In this document: positions 44,005-52,858 of the stretch, in pieces
Numbering within the stretch: position 1 is the first letter of the stretch
How the letters are laid out: every line of letters starts with the position of its first letter
Source: a virus
DNA length: 64,000 bases
Direction: 5' to 3' (one strand)
IMG/VR virus record: IMGVR_UViG_3300032085_000337
Location: 1-64,000 of that record
Translations under genes and position numbers: made by a program
Notes under the pieces: generated by a model
The model's database searches: none
What the model was told of the DNA's origin: nothing
What the model saw: only the letters and a program-made list of their open reading frames with translations

Positions 44005-45846
44005 ATGAAAATAGTATTCGATCTAGAGACCGATGGGCTTTTAGACAAGCTAACCAAAATCCATGTCTTCTCATGGTCTGTGGTTGGCTCTGATGTAGTC
44101 CACAGCACTAACGACCTCAGCACTATCCAAGAGGTTATGCAAAAGGCAACAACAGTTATAGGCCACAATATCGTATCCTTTGACCTTGCAGCCCTAGCGA
44201 TGTTCGACATCCACACAGATGCTGACATCATAGACACCCTTCCCCTTAGTTGGTACTTAGAACCTAAGCGTGTTCGACACGGCTTAGACCAATGGGGCGA
44301 GAGCTTGGGCATTAAGAAACCTAAGATCGACGACTGGGACAACCTGAGCTATGAGGACTACAAGCATCGCTGTGAGGAAGACGTAAGAATCAACCTCAAA
44401 GTCCTTGAGACCCTAGAGCGCAAGCTAAAGCGTCTTTATCGTGATGAGGGTGAGCAAAAGCGTCTCACTGACTATCTGACCTTTAAGATGCAGTGTGCTA
44501 GGGACCAAGAGGTCTATGGTTGGCGCTTGGATGTCCCAAAGGCCCAAGACTTACAACAAACACTACAACAAATGAAGGAGAGTTCACAAGAACAGCTATC
44601 AGCAGCTATGCCACAAAAGCCTATTACAAAAGTAATGAACCCGCCAAAAGTGATGCACAAGAAAGATGGATCACTCTCTGCTAGAGGCGAGGCTTGGCAA
44701 CAACTGCTTAAAGACAACTTTATGCCAGCATCTACAATGCAGCCTATGACTATCTTAGTAGGCCATGACGCTGGCAACCCTAATAGCCATGAGCAAGTTA
44801 AAGATTGGCTCTATGACCTTGGTTGGAAGCCCCAGACATTCAAATATGTCCGTGGTGATAACTTTGGTGAAGAGCGTAAAATCCCACAGCTACGGGATGG
44901 CTCTGAGCTATGCCCAAGCGTACTTGCACTTGCTGAGGTAGAACCTTCGATCAAACTACTAGAAAACCTGACAGTCACTAGTCACAGACTTGGTGTTGTT
45001 AATGCTTATCTGGAGTGTGAGGTCGATGGTTGGCTTTCAGCAGGTATCTCAGGCCTCACTAACACCTTCCGCTTCAAACATAGGAAGCCTCTGGTTAACC
45101 TCCCCGCTGTCGATAAGCCTTGGGGAAAAGAACTTAGGGGTTGCTTGATTGCTCCAGAAGGTGAAGTGCTTGTTGGTTGCGATATGGTTTCCCTAGAGGA
45201 CACCACTAAGCGACACTACATGCAGCCTATTGACCCTGACTATGTTGCAGAGATGCAAAGGGATGGCTTCGATCCACACTTGGATTTGGCTAAACATGCT
45301 GGTGTAGTAACCCAAGACCAGATTGACCAGCACAACGCTGGCACTATCAACCTTGGGAACATCCGTAAGGGCTACAAGGCTGCTAATTATGCCTCAGTTT
45401 ATGGGGTAGGCCCAGCGACCCTCTCAAGGGCCACAGGTCTATCTCAAGGTGAAGCTAAGAAGCTCATTGAGGCATATTGGGGTCGCAATTGGGCAGTTCA
45501 AAAGATAGCTGAAACAAGAAAGGTAAGAGAAATAAACGGTGAAGCTTGGATACTCAATGAGGTCTCAGGCTTCTGGCACAGCCTACGTTCCGATAAGGAC
45601 CGTTGGTCAACCACAAACCAAAGCACTGGCGTCTACTGCTTTGACCAATACGTTATGTTGGTTAAGGCTGCTGGTGAGAAGGTCATAGGTCAATTCCATG
45701 ATGAGGTCGTGGTTGCTACTGATGACTACAAGAGAACAGAGCGTGTGCTTCTTGAGTGCAAGGGCAAGCTCAACGAAAAGATTAAACTTAACGTCCCACT
45801 TGGAATTGATTATGCAGTGGGCAACAACTATGCGGAGATACACTAG
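44005..45846 (+). CDS. polA: Family A DNA polymerase with 3'-5' exonuclease
   Basis: FDLETDG, GHNIVSFD, CEEDV; motif A DMVSLE, motif B RKGYKAANYASVYG, motif C FHDE. Confidence 0.93.
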   Translation: MKIVFDLETDGLLDKLTKIHVFSWSVVGSDVVHSTNDLSTIQEVMQKATTVIGHNIVSFDLAALAMFDIHTDADIIDTLPLSWYLEPKRVRHGLDQWGESLGIKKPKIDDWDNLSYEDYKHRCEEDVRINLKVLETLERKLKRLYRDEGEQKRLTDYLTFKMQCARDQEVYGWRLDVPKAQDLQQTLQQMKESSQEQLSAAMPQKPITKVMNPPKVMHKKDGSLSARGEAWQQLLKDNFMPASTMQPMTILVGHDAGNPNSHEQVKDWLYDLGWKPQTFKYVRGDNFGEERKIPQLRDGSELCPSVLALAEVEPSIKLLENLTVTSHRLGVVNAYLECEVDGWLSAGISGLTNTFRFKHRKPLVNLPAVDKPWGKELRGCLIAPEGEVLVGCDMVSLEDTTKRHYMQPIDPDYVAEMQRDGFDPHLDLAKHAGVVTQDQIDQHNAGTINLGNIRKGYKAANYASVYGVGPATLSRATGLSQGEAKKLIEAYWGRNWAVQKIAETRKVREINGEAWILNEVSGFWHSLRSDKDRWSTTNQSTGVYCFDQYVMLVKAAGEKVIGQFHDEVVVATDDYKRTERVLLECKGKLNEKIKLNVPLGIDYAVGNNYAEIH

Positions 45847-46362
45847 ATGGCAAAAGTTAAAACAAAAGAAGTCGCAATGACAGGTTTCCTTGAGTATGCA
45901 CGGGTCTTCCCCGGTAACATGGATGCAAACATGGATTACCATGAGAAAACACAAGGACAGTACAACGTAAACTTTTATCCTGAGACCACAGAAGGCTTTG
46001 AGGCTTTCTTTGATGCTGGTGCGCCTGTGTCAGCTATGGGCCATGATACAATCAAGGTCGGTGACCCTGAGATTGCTACAGGTAAGTTCCTGAAGCTTAA
46101 GCGTCCTAACAAGCACCCTTCAGGTATTGAGGACTTTGGCGGTGCTCCTGTAGTCTTTGACTTCCGTGAGGGTGAAAGCCTTAAGAAGTGGTCAATGGAA
46201 GAAGATGGCGAGCTTGGTAATGGCACTAAAGCTACTGTTAAGGTTTCAATCTATGGTGAAGGCCCCCGTGCATCTATCCGTTTGGAGAAGATTGCAGTTC
46301 ACGAACTCGTAGAGTTTGATGGTAACACAGGAGGTGCTTCCTCTAACAAGGACAAGTTCTAA
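45847..46362 (+). CDS. Probable single-stranded DNA-binding protein
   Basis: Follows polymerase; ELGNGT.A.V motif; C-terminal Phe. Confidence 0.7.
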   Translation: MAKVKTKEVAMTGFLEYARVFPGNMDANMDYHEKTQGQYNVNFYPETTEGFEAFFDAGAPVSAMGHDTIKVGDPEIATGKFLKLKRPNKHPSGIEDFGGAPVVFDFREGESLKKWSMEEDGELGNGTKATVKVSIYGEGPRASIRLEKIAVHELVEFDGNTGGASSNKDKF

Positions 46363-46661
46363 TGGACGGGTCTGAGTTCTGTGGCCACTGTGGTAGTCTT
46401 TATGAGGACGGGTGTGTTTGTGGTGAGTGTAGCTTTGACGCTGTAGACAAACCCTTTCACTACAACCACTCTGGCGGCATTGAGTGCATTGAGTACATCA
46501 AGCAGGTCTTAGGTAAGGAAGGCTTTATAGCTTACTGTCGTGGTAATGTTATGAAGTACAACCACCGGGCCTTCTACAAGGGTAACCCAAATGAGGACAT
46601 GGCGAAAGCTGAACAATACCTCAAGTGGGCTAATGAAGCTCTTGGGGAGGTCTATAAATGA
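46362..46661 (+). CDS. DUF3310 (T7 gp1.7-like nucleotide kinase) protein
   Basis: DAVDKPFHY..GIECIEYI..GNVMKY..R..KG..EDMAKA..YL. Confidence 0.85.
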   Translation: MDGSEFCGHCGSLYEDGCVCGECSFDAVDKPFHYNHSGGIECIEYIKQVLGKEGFIAYCRGNVMKYNHRAFYKGNPNEDMAKAEQYLKWANEALGEVYK

Positions 46662-47248
46662 AAGTCCTAGTCGCCTGTGAATACTCTGGGCGGGTTCGTG
46701 ATGCTTTCATCAAGAGGGGGCACGAGGCTATGTCTTGTGACCTCCTTGAGACTGATGTTAGTGGCCCACACTACACTGGGAATGTCTTAGATATCTTAGG
46801 GCAAGGTTGGGACATGCTTATTGCGCACCCACCTTGCACTTACCTAGCCAACTCTGGTGTAAGTTGGTTACACAAGGATGAGGCTAGGTGGGGCCTACTT
46901 GATGAAGGTGCGGCTTTCTTTAAGGCTCTCCTTGAGGCAAACGTGGACAAGGTGGCTATTGAGAACCCTATTATGCACAAGTACGCTAAGGAGCGCATTG
47001 GTGGTGTTAGGCAAACTCAGGTCATACAGCCTTGGATGTTTGGTCACACTGAGCAGAAGGCTACATGCTTGTGGCTCAGGGGCCTACAACCACTGCTTCC
47101 CACAAACAACGTAAAGGAAGATATGATGAAACTAGATAAAAAAGAACGTCAGCGCCTGCACTACTTACCACCCTCTAAAGATCGGTGGAAACTTAGGTCA
47201 ACAACCTATCAAGGAATAGCAGACGCAATGGCTGAACAGTGGGGGTAG
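46658..47248 (+). CDS. Compact C5 DNA cytosine methyltransferase-like protein
   Basis: VLVACEYSG, AHPPCT, IENP, KATCLW, RSTTYQGIADAMAEQWG. Confidence 0.75.
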   Translation: MKVLVACEYSGRVRDAFIKRGHEAMSCDLLETDVSGPHYTGNVLDILGQGWDMLIAHPPCTYLANSGVSWLHKDEARWGLLDEGAAFFKALLEANVDKVAIENPIMHKYAKERIGGVRQTQVIQPWMFGHTEQKATCLWLRGLQPLLPTNNVKEDMMKLDKKERQRLHYLPPSKDRWKLRSTTYQGIADAMAEQWG

Positions 47249-47249
47249 T

Positions 47250-47930
47250 ATGAAAATCCTAATTGATGGTGACATCCTAACTTATCGTGCTGCGTTCTCT
47301 TGCGAGGGCCAGCCGATAGAGGATGCACAAGACAAGATTGATGAGATGGTAGAGGAAATCTTGGGGGCTGTAGCTTTTAGTTACACCTCCGAGAACTACG
47401 AAATGTTTATCACTGGGAAAGGGAACTTTCGCTTTGATGTTCAGCCAACCTACAAGCAGAACCGTTCAGGCAAACCTAAGCCTGAGCATCTGCCAGCACT
47501 TCGTGATTATCTTGTAGAGGCCTATGACGCTAAAGTTTCTAGTGGGCAAGAAGCAGATGATGACATCACTATCCGAGCCACAGAGCTAGGCCCAGATGCT
47601 ATCATTGCTTCTATCGACAAGGACTTTCTGCAAGTCCCCTGCCACCACTACAACCTAAATAAGAAAACATTGGTTAAGGTTGATGGTTTTGAGGGGTTAA
47701 GGTTCTTCTACACCCAGATCATTATGGGTGATAGTGCTGACAATGTGTTTGGCATCAAGGGTGTTGGTCCAGTGAAAGCTGGCAAGATGCTTGCTGATGC
47801 TACAACAGAGCGTGAGCTTTATGATATTTGTGTGGCTGCTTATGGTGGTGACACAGGTAAGGTTACAGAGAACGCAAGACTTCTGTGGCTACTGCGTGAG
47901 GAAGGTCAAAAATGGTCTCCCCCAAGCTAA
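47250..47930 (+). CDS. 5'-3' exonuclease (T7 gp6/FEN-like)
   Basis: LIDGD, YKQNR, EADD, SIDKD, GDSADN..GIKGVG. Confidence 0.92.
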   Translation: MKILIDGDILTYRAAFSCEGQPIEDAQDKIDEMVEEILGAVAFSYTSENYEMFITGKGNFRFDVQPTYKQNRSGKPKPEHLPALRDYLVEAYDAKVSSGQEADDDITIRATELGPDAIIASIDKDFLQVPCHHYNLNKKTLVKVDGFEGLRFFYTQIIMGDSADNVFGIKGVGPVKAGKMLADATTERELYDICVAAYGGDTGKVTENARLLWLLREEGQKWSPPS

Positions 47931-48307
47931 GGCGATCTGCAATCAAGGCTGGCTTTCGATCTGGCCTTGAGCAAGACAACTCGAAACATCTAGAGAGGTA
48001 CAATGTAGACTATGAATATGAAAAATATAAAATCAAGTTCGTCTCAAAGGCGAGAACGTACACTCCAGACTTTAGACTTTCGAACGGGGTAATCATTGAG
48101 ACTAAGGGGCGCTTCATTCCTAGTGATAGGACCAAGCATCTCTTGATCAAAGAGCAACACCCAGAGCTAGACATCAGATTTGTGTTTAGCAATAGCAAAC
48201 AAAGGCTATCCAAGACATCCCAACAGACCTATGGAGGCTGGTGTGATCGTCATGGGTTCCTCTACGCTGACGGGTTGATCCCCGTTGAGTGGATGAAAGA
48301 GAGGTGA
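47912..48307 (+). CDS. Endonuclease I (T7 gp3-like)
   Basis: FRSGLE, YTPDF, IETKGRF, DIRFVF. Confidence 0.92.
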   Translation: MVSPKLRRSAIKAGFRSGLEQDNSKHLERYNVDYEYEKYKIKFVSKARTYTPDFRLSNGVIIETKGRFIPSDRTKHLLIKEQHPELDIRFVFSNSKQRLSKTSQQTYGGWCDRHGFLYADGLIPVEWMKER

Positions 48308-48309
48308 TC

Positions 48310-48711
48310 GTGCCATCTAGTGCCCCAAGGGCTTGTCGTGTCCCCGGGTGCGCTGCCTATTCGTGTAGTGACGATAACTGTTTGGACAAAAGACAAGCTA
48401 CACATAAACCAAAAGAAACGGGAGACCCTCATAAGCGGGGGTCTCTTAGCCGCTCTAAAGCCTACAGCACCTCAAGGTGGCGTAAGGTGCGGCAGTCTCA
48501 AATGTCTAAGGCCCCACTGTGCCAAAGGTGCTTAAGTTTCGACATGGTAACTATAGCAACTGATGTAGACCACTATGTCCCACACAGGGGTGACAAGAAG
48601 CTTATGTGGGACGCTAGTAATTTGCAGTCTTTATGCAGATCGTGTCACAGTTGGAAGACCCAAGAAGAACTAAAGGGCACATTCCACGACTACCGTAATA
48701 TTGTTGCGTAA
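48310..48711 (+). CDS. Terminase-associated HNH endonuclease (HK97 gp74-like)
   Basis: CRVPGC N-terminus, Y..SRW, PLCQRC..VDH..PH.GD..NLQSLCRSCHSWKT; immediately before terS. Confidence 0.9.
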   Translation: MPSSAPRACRVPGCAAYSCSDDNCLDKRQATHKPKETGDPHKRGSLSRSKAYSTSRWRKVRQSQMSKAPLCQRCLSFDMVTIATDVDHYVPHRGDKKLMWDASNLQSLCRSCHSWKTQEELKGTFHDYRNIVA

Positions 48712-48821
48712 AGACCAGCGCATTAGCAACTAATGTTTGTTTTGGTGGCGTGTAAAAACTTTCGATTGGGGCATGTCTTCCAGTTTACTTGAATATTCTT
48801 AAAAACATTGGAGGTTCTGCA
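48712..48821. other. Predicted cos/packaging initiation region
   Basis: Non-coding gap between HNH and P27-type terS, where cos lies in HK97-like phages (positional inference). Confidence 0.45.
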
Positions 48822-49319
48822 ATGGCAGGCGCAAAAGGACGCTCAGGCGGACACAATAAGAAATCTATAGCTGAACACAAACTATCTGGCACTTATCGTG
48901 GCAACAGACACTCAGGCATCCTACAGGAGAACGCAATGCAGGTAGAGCCTGAGCAATACATCACCACCAGCAGCACTAAGGTTGATCTATTCAACCGCTT
49001 CAGTGAGCTACTGTACAACGAGGGCCTTACATCAGGTGAGGTCGATAGTCTCTACATCAGTCAGATCGTTGATCTCTATGATGCTTACACACAGGCTGCT
49101 GTTGTCTACAACACTGAGGGTGTGGCTGCTAAGGTTGGCAACAAGCTGGCTATCAACCTGATGATGGAGCTACAGAAGGAGATGCGTGTGCTGCTTGGTG
49201 AGTATGCATTGACACCATCCACCCGTGCCCTAAAGGAACGCACTAAGGACACTGAGCCATATGAGGCTGAAGACCCTGTAGCTGACTTCCTCAACACTAA
49301 GCCACGCTTGGTTAAGTGA
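48822..49319 (+). CDS. terS: Terminase small subunit (P27-like)
   Basis: GGAGG RBS; N-terminal GRSGG..K....HKL.GT.R..RH and C-terminal LTPSTR. Confidence 0.8.
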   Translation: MAGAKGRSGGHNKKSIAEHKLSGTYRGNRHSGILQENAMQVEPEQYITTSSTKVDLFNRFSELLYNEGLTSGEVDSLYISQIVDLYDAYTQAAVVYNTEGVAAKVGNKLAINLMMELQKEMRVLLGEYALTPSTRALKERTKDTEPYEAEDPVADFLNTKPRLVK

Positions 49320-49352
49320 ATACAACACAACATAACATAAGGACTACACAAC

Positions 49353-49697
49353 ATGGCAAACCTATTTATTACAGACAACCATAAGCACACAGACACTGAC
49401 GAGGACTTGGACCTAGTAACATGCCTTGAGCACCCAAGGGTCACTAAGGTCACTATTATGCCTGATGGCACATTGGTAGCTGAGATGGCTAACATTGATG
49501 CGTCCGCTGATATTATCCGCAAGCAAGAGGGCTTGCATAAGTCAAACAAGACTGGCTTCCGTGGTGTCTCTATTCGTGGTAGTAAGTATCGTGCAGACAT
49601 CTCGCATGGTGGCATCCAATACAACTTGGGTTCCTTTGAGACCATGAGAGAGGCTGTGGAAGCTCGTATAAAAGCTGAAATGGAGTTGAGCCAATGA
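49353..49697 (+). CDS. AP2-domain DNA-binding protein
   Basis: NKTGFRGVS..KYRADI...YNLGSFET..EA..AR..AE; no HNH motif upstream. Confidence 0.8.
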   Translation: MANLFITDNHKHTDTDEDLDLVTCLEHPRVTKVTIMPDGTLVAEMANIDASADIIRKQEGLHKSNKTGFRGVSIRGSKYRADISHGGIQYNLGSFETMREAVEARIKAEMELSQ

Positions 49698-49993
49698 AGG
49701 CTATTATCTTAGCACTGTTAGTTTCTGTAGCCTCCACAGGTGCAGCCATGAGTGGAATAACCAAAGAGAAAGCTGAGAAGTGTGCTGGCCTTATGGGTGT
49801 GGTTTTGTTTGTGGCAATGGGCCGTGACTTTGGTAACACACCAGAGAAAGCCTACTTAGCTATTACAGACCTTGGTGTTTCACCAGAGGCTGCTAATGAG
49901 ATCGTAATCAATGTGTTCTACAAGATGAAAGACAACACACCTAATGAGGTTGCTGATAGCTTCCTCAATTACTGTATTTCGGAGGAAACATGA
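49694..49993 (+). CDS. Exported hypothetical protein
   Basis: Signal-peptide-like N-terminus, two Cys. Confidence 0.6.
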   Translation: MKAIILALLVSVASTGAAMSGITKEKAEKCAGLMGVVLFVAMGRDFGNTPEKAYLAITDLGVSPEAANEIVINVFYKMKDNTPNEVADSFLNYCISEET

Positions 49994-50517
49994 AAATAGG
50001 AACCAAAGGCCTACAATTGATTAAAGACTTTGAGGGTCTAGAACTAAAGGCTTACATGCCTACCCCAGATGATGTCCCTACTATTGGTTATGGTCACACT
50101 AAGACAGCTAAGATGGGCATGGAGATCACTGAAAAGCAAGCTGAAGCTCTACTCAAGAAAGATTTAGCTTGGGTTGAACTTGCAGTAAACAAACGGGTCA
50201 CAGTGCCTATTACACAAGAGCAATACGATGCTTTGTGTTCTTTCGTCTATAACCTTGGTGAAACTAATTTCGCTAAATCTACATTGCTAAGACGACTAAA
50301 CAATAAGCGCTACACTGAGGCTGCTGATGAGCTTCTGCGCTGGAACAAGCAAGGCGCTAAAGTCCTCCGTGGGCTGACACGCCGCAGGGAGGCCGAGAGA
50401 GCACTGTTCCTATCAGAGCCTGATGCCCCTACCTCAGCAACCGCACAAGGCCCCCTAGCGGCCGTCTTATGGGTTCTAGAGGCTATCTTAGACGCTATTC
50501 TCAGTAAAAGGAGTTGA
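49990..50517 (+). CDS. Endolysin, GH24 phage lysozyme
   Basis: IKDFEG..AY..D..TIGYGHT, QYDALCSFVYNLG, GLTRRREAE. Confidence 0.93.
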   Translation: MKIGTKGLQLIKDFEGLELKAYMPTPDDVPTIGYGHTKTAKMGMEITEKQAEALLKKDLAWVELAVNKRVTVPITQEQYDALCSFVYNLGETNFAKSTLLRRLNNKRYTEAADELLRWNKQGAKVLRGLTRRREAERALFLSEPDAPTSATAQGPLAAVLWVLEAILDAILSKRS

Positions 50518-50518
50518 T

Positions 50519-50875
50519 ATGTTTGCATTACTCATGTCTTTAGTCAATCCGCTCGCTAAGGTTGCTTTGGACCTCATGGCTGCTAAGACGCAACAAGCCA
50601 ACGCTAAGACCGACCAGCAGCGAATTGAAGCTGAGGTGACTATTCACCAACTAGAGGCCCGGCAGGAAGTCCTTATTGCTGAACAAGCAACACGGGCGAC
50701 ACGTTGGATTAGGCCTCTGTTTGCCCTTCCTTTCGTAGTCTATAACTTCAAGGTTGTTGTTTGGGATAAGGTTCTGGGCTTAGGTACTACAGACGTACTT
50801 TCAGAACAATACTGGCAGCTACAAATGATCGTCTTCGGGGCATATTTCATTACAAGAGGTCTCGGCAAGAAATAA
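50519..50875 (+). CDS. Holin (3TM/GTA-holin-like)
   Basis: WIRP motif, TM segments, C-terminal YF..R...K; directly after the endolysin. Confidence 0.7.
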   Translation: MFALLMSLVNPLAKVALDLMAAKTQQANAKTDQQRIEAEVTIHQLEARQEVLIAEQATRATRWIRPLFALPFVVYNFKVVVWDKVLGLGTTDVLSEQYWQLQMIVFGAYFITRGLGKK

Positions 50876-50892
50876 CTTTAAGGAGGCCTCTT

Positions 50893-51138
50893 ATGGCTAG
50901 ACGTACAGTCAAAGAGGTCTCAGATGACCTAGATAAGCTGATCGACAGATGCGACAACGTAAAGCAGAACATTAACGAGTTGGAGCTAAAGTTGGCTCTA
51001 TTGCATCAAAAGGTGCATGTCATTGAGGGCAATCTATCAGGCGTCCTTAGTTCCTTCAGTTGGGCTTGGCGCACTGTTGGTGGTTTGTTCTTGGCTGCTT
51101 TAGTGGCCTTTATACTCAGCGGGGGTCTAGCTAAATGA
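50893..51138 (+). CDS. Coiled-coil protein with C-terminal TM (lysis accessory)
   Basis: AGGAGG RBS; coiled coil then TM. Confidence 0.6.
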   Translation: MARRTVKEVSDDLDKLIDRCDNVKQNINELELKLALLHQKVHVIEGNLSGVLSSFSWAWRTVGGLFLAALVAFILSGGLAK

Positions 51139-51539
51139 AAAGTAATTTGTTGTGGGGGTTAGCCCTTGGTTTGGTTTTTACTACGTTGACACAGTTGGTC
51201 TTACTATTACTGTCACCACCAACACCCTACAAGGACGTTGAGATCACATCTGTTACACAGGTTGATGAGGGCTACATAGTTGAGGCTAACTTCATCAAGA
51301 CAGCCTGTAAGTTTAGGAGACTGGAGGTCTTTGGTATTAACACAGGTGTCCCTGTTTACCTAAAGTGGGAGGCATTAGATGGCTCTCCTTCTACAGACTA
51401 TGATAGGTCTATTGGCAAACAGCATCTTATCATCTTAGCTATCACATCTGATGAAGATTATGACACACTTGAGATCAGGACACGCCATGACTGCAAAGGT
51501 GAGTTAGTGGATAAGGTCTTTGCAACCATTAACACATAA
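51135..51539 (+). CDS. Membrane-anchored periplasmic protein
   Basis: N-terminal TM, beta-rich domain with two Cys. Confidence 0.6.
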   Translation: MKSNLLWGLALGLVFTTLTQLVLLLLSPPTPYKDVEITSVTQVDEGYIVEANFIKTACKFRRLEVFGINTGVPVYLKWEALDGSPSTDYDRSIGKQHLIILAITSDEDYDTLEIRTRHDCKGELVDKVFATINT

Positions 51540-51551
51540 GGAGTAGGCTCT

Positions 51552-51846
51552 ATGAGCGATGACATATTTAACCTAGATGAGTTCGTTTCTCAAGAGCCTG
51601 TAGTTAAGAAAGCTAGTGCAGTTGAGGAAGTATGTAAGCTCTACGTCTACTTATGTGGACATTGGGCCTAATTACTTGTCTACACTTAATGGCGGCTCTG
51701 CTGGCCAAAGGGCTGAAAACGTGACCTTCTCAGCTACAACATCTATGTCCCAAGATGACAGGATAGAGGTGTGGATTAAGAACACATCAGATGACACTGA
51801 TGTTACAGTCCTGAAAGCTGGTCAGTTCCAAGTATTCGAACGATGA
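51552..51846 (+). pseudogene. Apparent fused remnant: 39-aa ORF (51552-51671) overlapping a C-terminal C1q-like fragment (51616-51846)
   Basis: RBS-led short ORF and an out-of-frame beta-sandwich fragment with no evident RBS. Confidence 0.4.
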
Positions 51847-51894
51847 ACAATGGGTCTCCCTTAACGGGGGGCCTACAGCAACAAAGGAAACAAA

Positions 51895-52071
51895 ATGGCA
51901 GACAGACGAGAGCCTAAAAGCCCTTATGAGCTACAACCCATCGACTATGTTATGTCGGCACTAGAAAACGCACTTCATTCAGGTTTAACCTTAGAGGAGG
52001 TAGTTGAGCTAGGTAACTTTGCTCAAAGCATTGAAGCTTGGGACTACGCAATTTCACTATACACAATATAA
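51895..52071 (+). CDS. 58-aa hypothetical protein (not in the ORF track)
   Basis: AAAGGA RBS, MADRREPKSPYEL...SLYTI*. Confidence 0.6.
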   Translation: MADRREPKSPYELQPIDYVMSALENALHSGLTLEEVVELGNFAQSIEAWDYAISLYTI

Positions 52072-52083
52072 GAAAGATACAAC

Positions 52084-52848
52084 ATGACGACTCACTTAGT
52101 AATCCCGGATGGGCACTCTAAGCCCTCTGAAGACCTTGGTCGGTTTGACCTACTCAATAAGTTCATTAGAGACCTCAAGCCTGATGTTGTAGTTAACATC
52201 GGTGATGCAGCAGACATGCACAGCCTTAACACCTTCGATAAGGGTAAAGGTTCCTTTCATGGGGCATCCTATGAGAAGGACATCAGTTGTGCAGTTGAGA
52301 GCTTTGACCGTACATTCCACAAGGCCCCAAAGAACATCCGTAAGGTATTCTGTACTGGCAACCATGAGCACCGCATTACACGGGTCTTGGATCAATCACC
52401 TGAGCTTGCTGGTGACACTCATGGTGTCTCTATGGGTCACCTTCAGCTAGACAATTACTTTGATGATGTAGTCCCCTACGAGGGTGCAGCAGCAGGCACT
52501 ATTGTGGTTGATGGTATCATCTACGCACACTACCTAACTTCAGGTGCTATGGGTCGTCCTATCAGTGGCGACAACCATGCTCGTTCATTGCTCCTTAAGG
52601 GCCACATGAGTGCTACAGTGGGCCACAGCCACTTCTTTGATTACAGCACACACGTTGATGCTTCAGGGAGGCGTATGATGGGCCTAGTGGCTGGTAGCTT
52701 CAAAGGGCCTAAGAATGATGCCTACGCTGGCACTAGCGCACGCAACTACTGGCGTGGTGTTTGTGTTAAGCGCATGGTTAACGATGGCACTTATGATCTT
52801 CAAATGGTCTCTATGGCCCAACTGGAGAAACTATACAAAACAACATAA
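52084..52848 (+). CDS. Calcineurin-like metallophosphoesterase
   Basis: PDGH, GDAAD, GNHE, H, GHSH motifs. Confidence 0.88.
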   Translation: MTTHLVIPDGHSKPSEDLGRFDLLNKFIRDLKPDVVVNIGDAADMHSLNTFDKGKGSFHGASYEKDISCAVESFDRTFHKAPKNIRKVFCTGNHEHRITRVLDQSPELAGDTHGVSMGHLQLDNYFDDVVPYEGAAAGTIVVDGIIYAHYLTSGAMGRPISGDNHARSLLLKGHMSATVGHSHFFDYSTHVDASGRRMMGLVAGSFKGPKNDAYAGTSARNYWRGVCVKRMVNDGTYDLQMVSMAQLEKLYKTT

Positions 52849-52858
52849 AGGAAACAAC

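Noticed and set aside
52715-52858. Hydrophobic N-terminal extension on TerL in the ORF track
   Set aside because: Overlaps the phosphoesterase gene out of frame; a good RBS precedes ATG 52859
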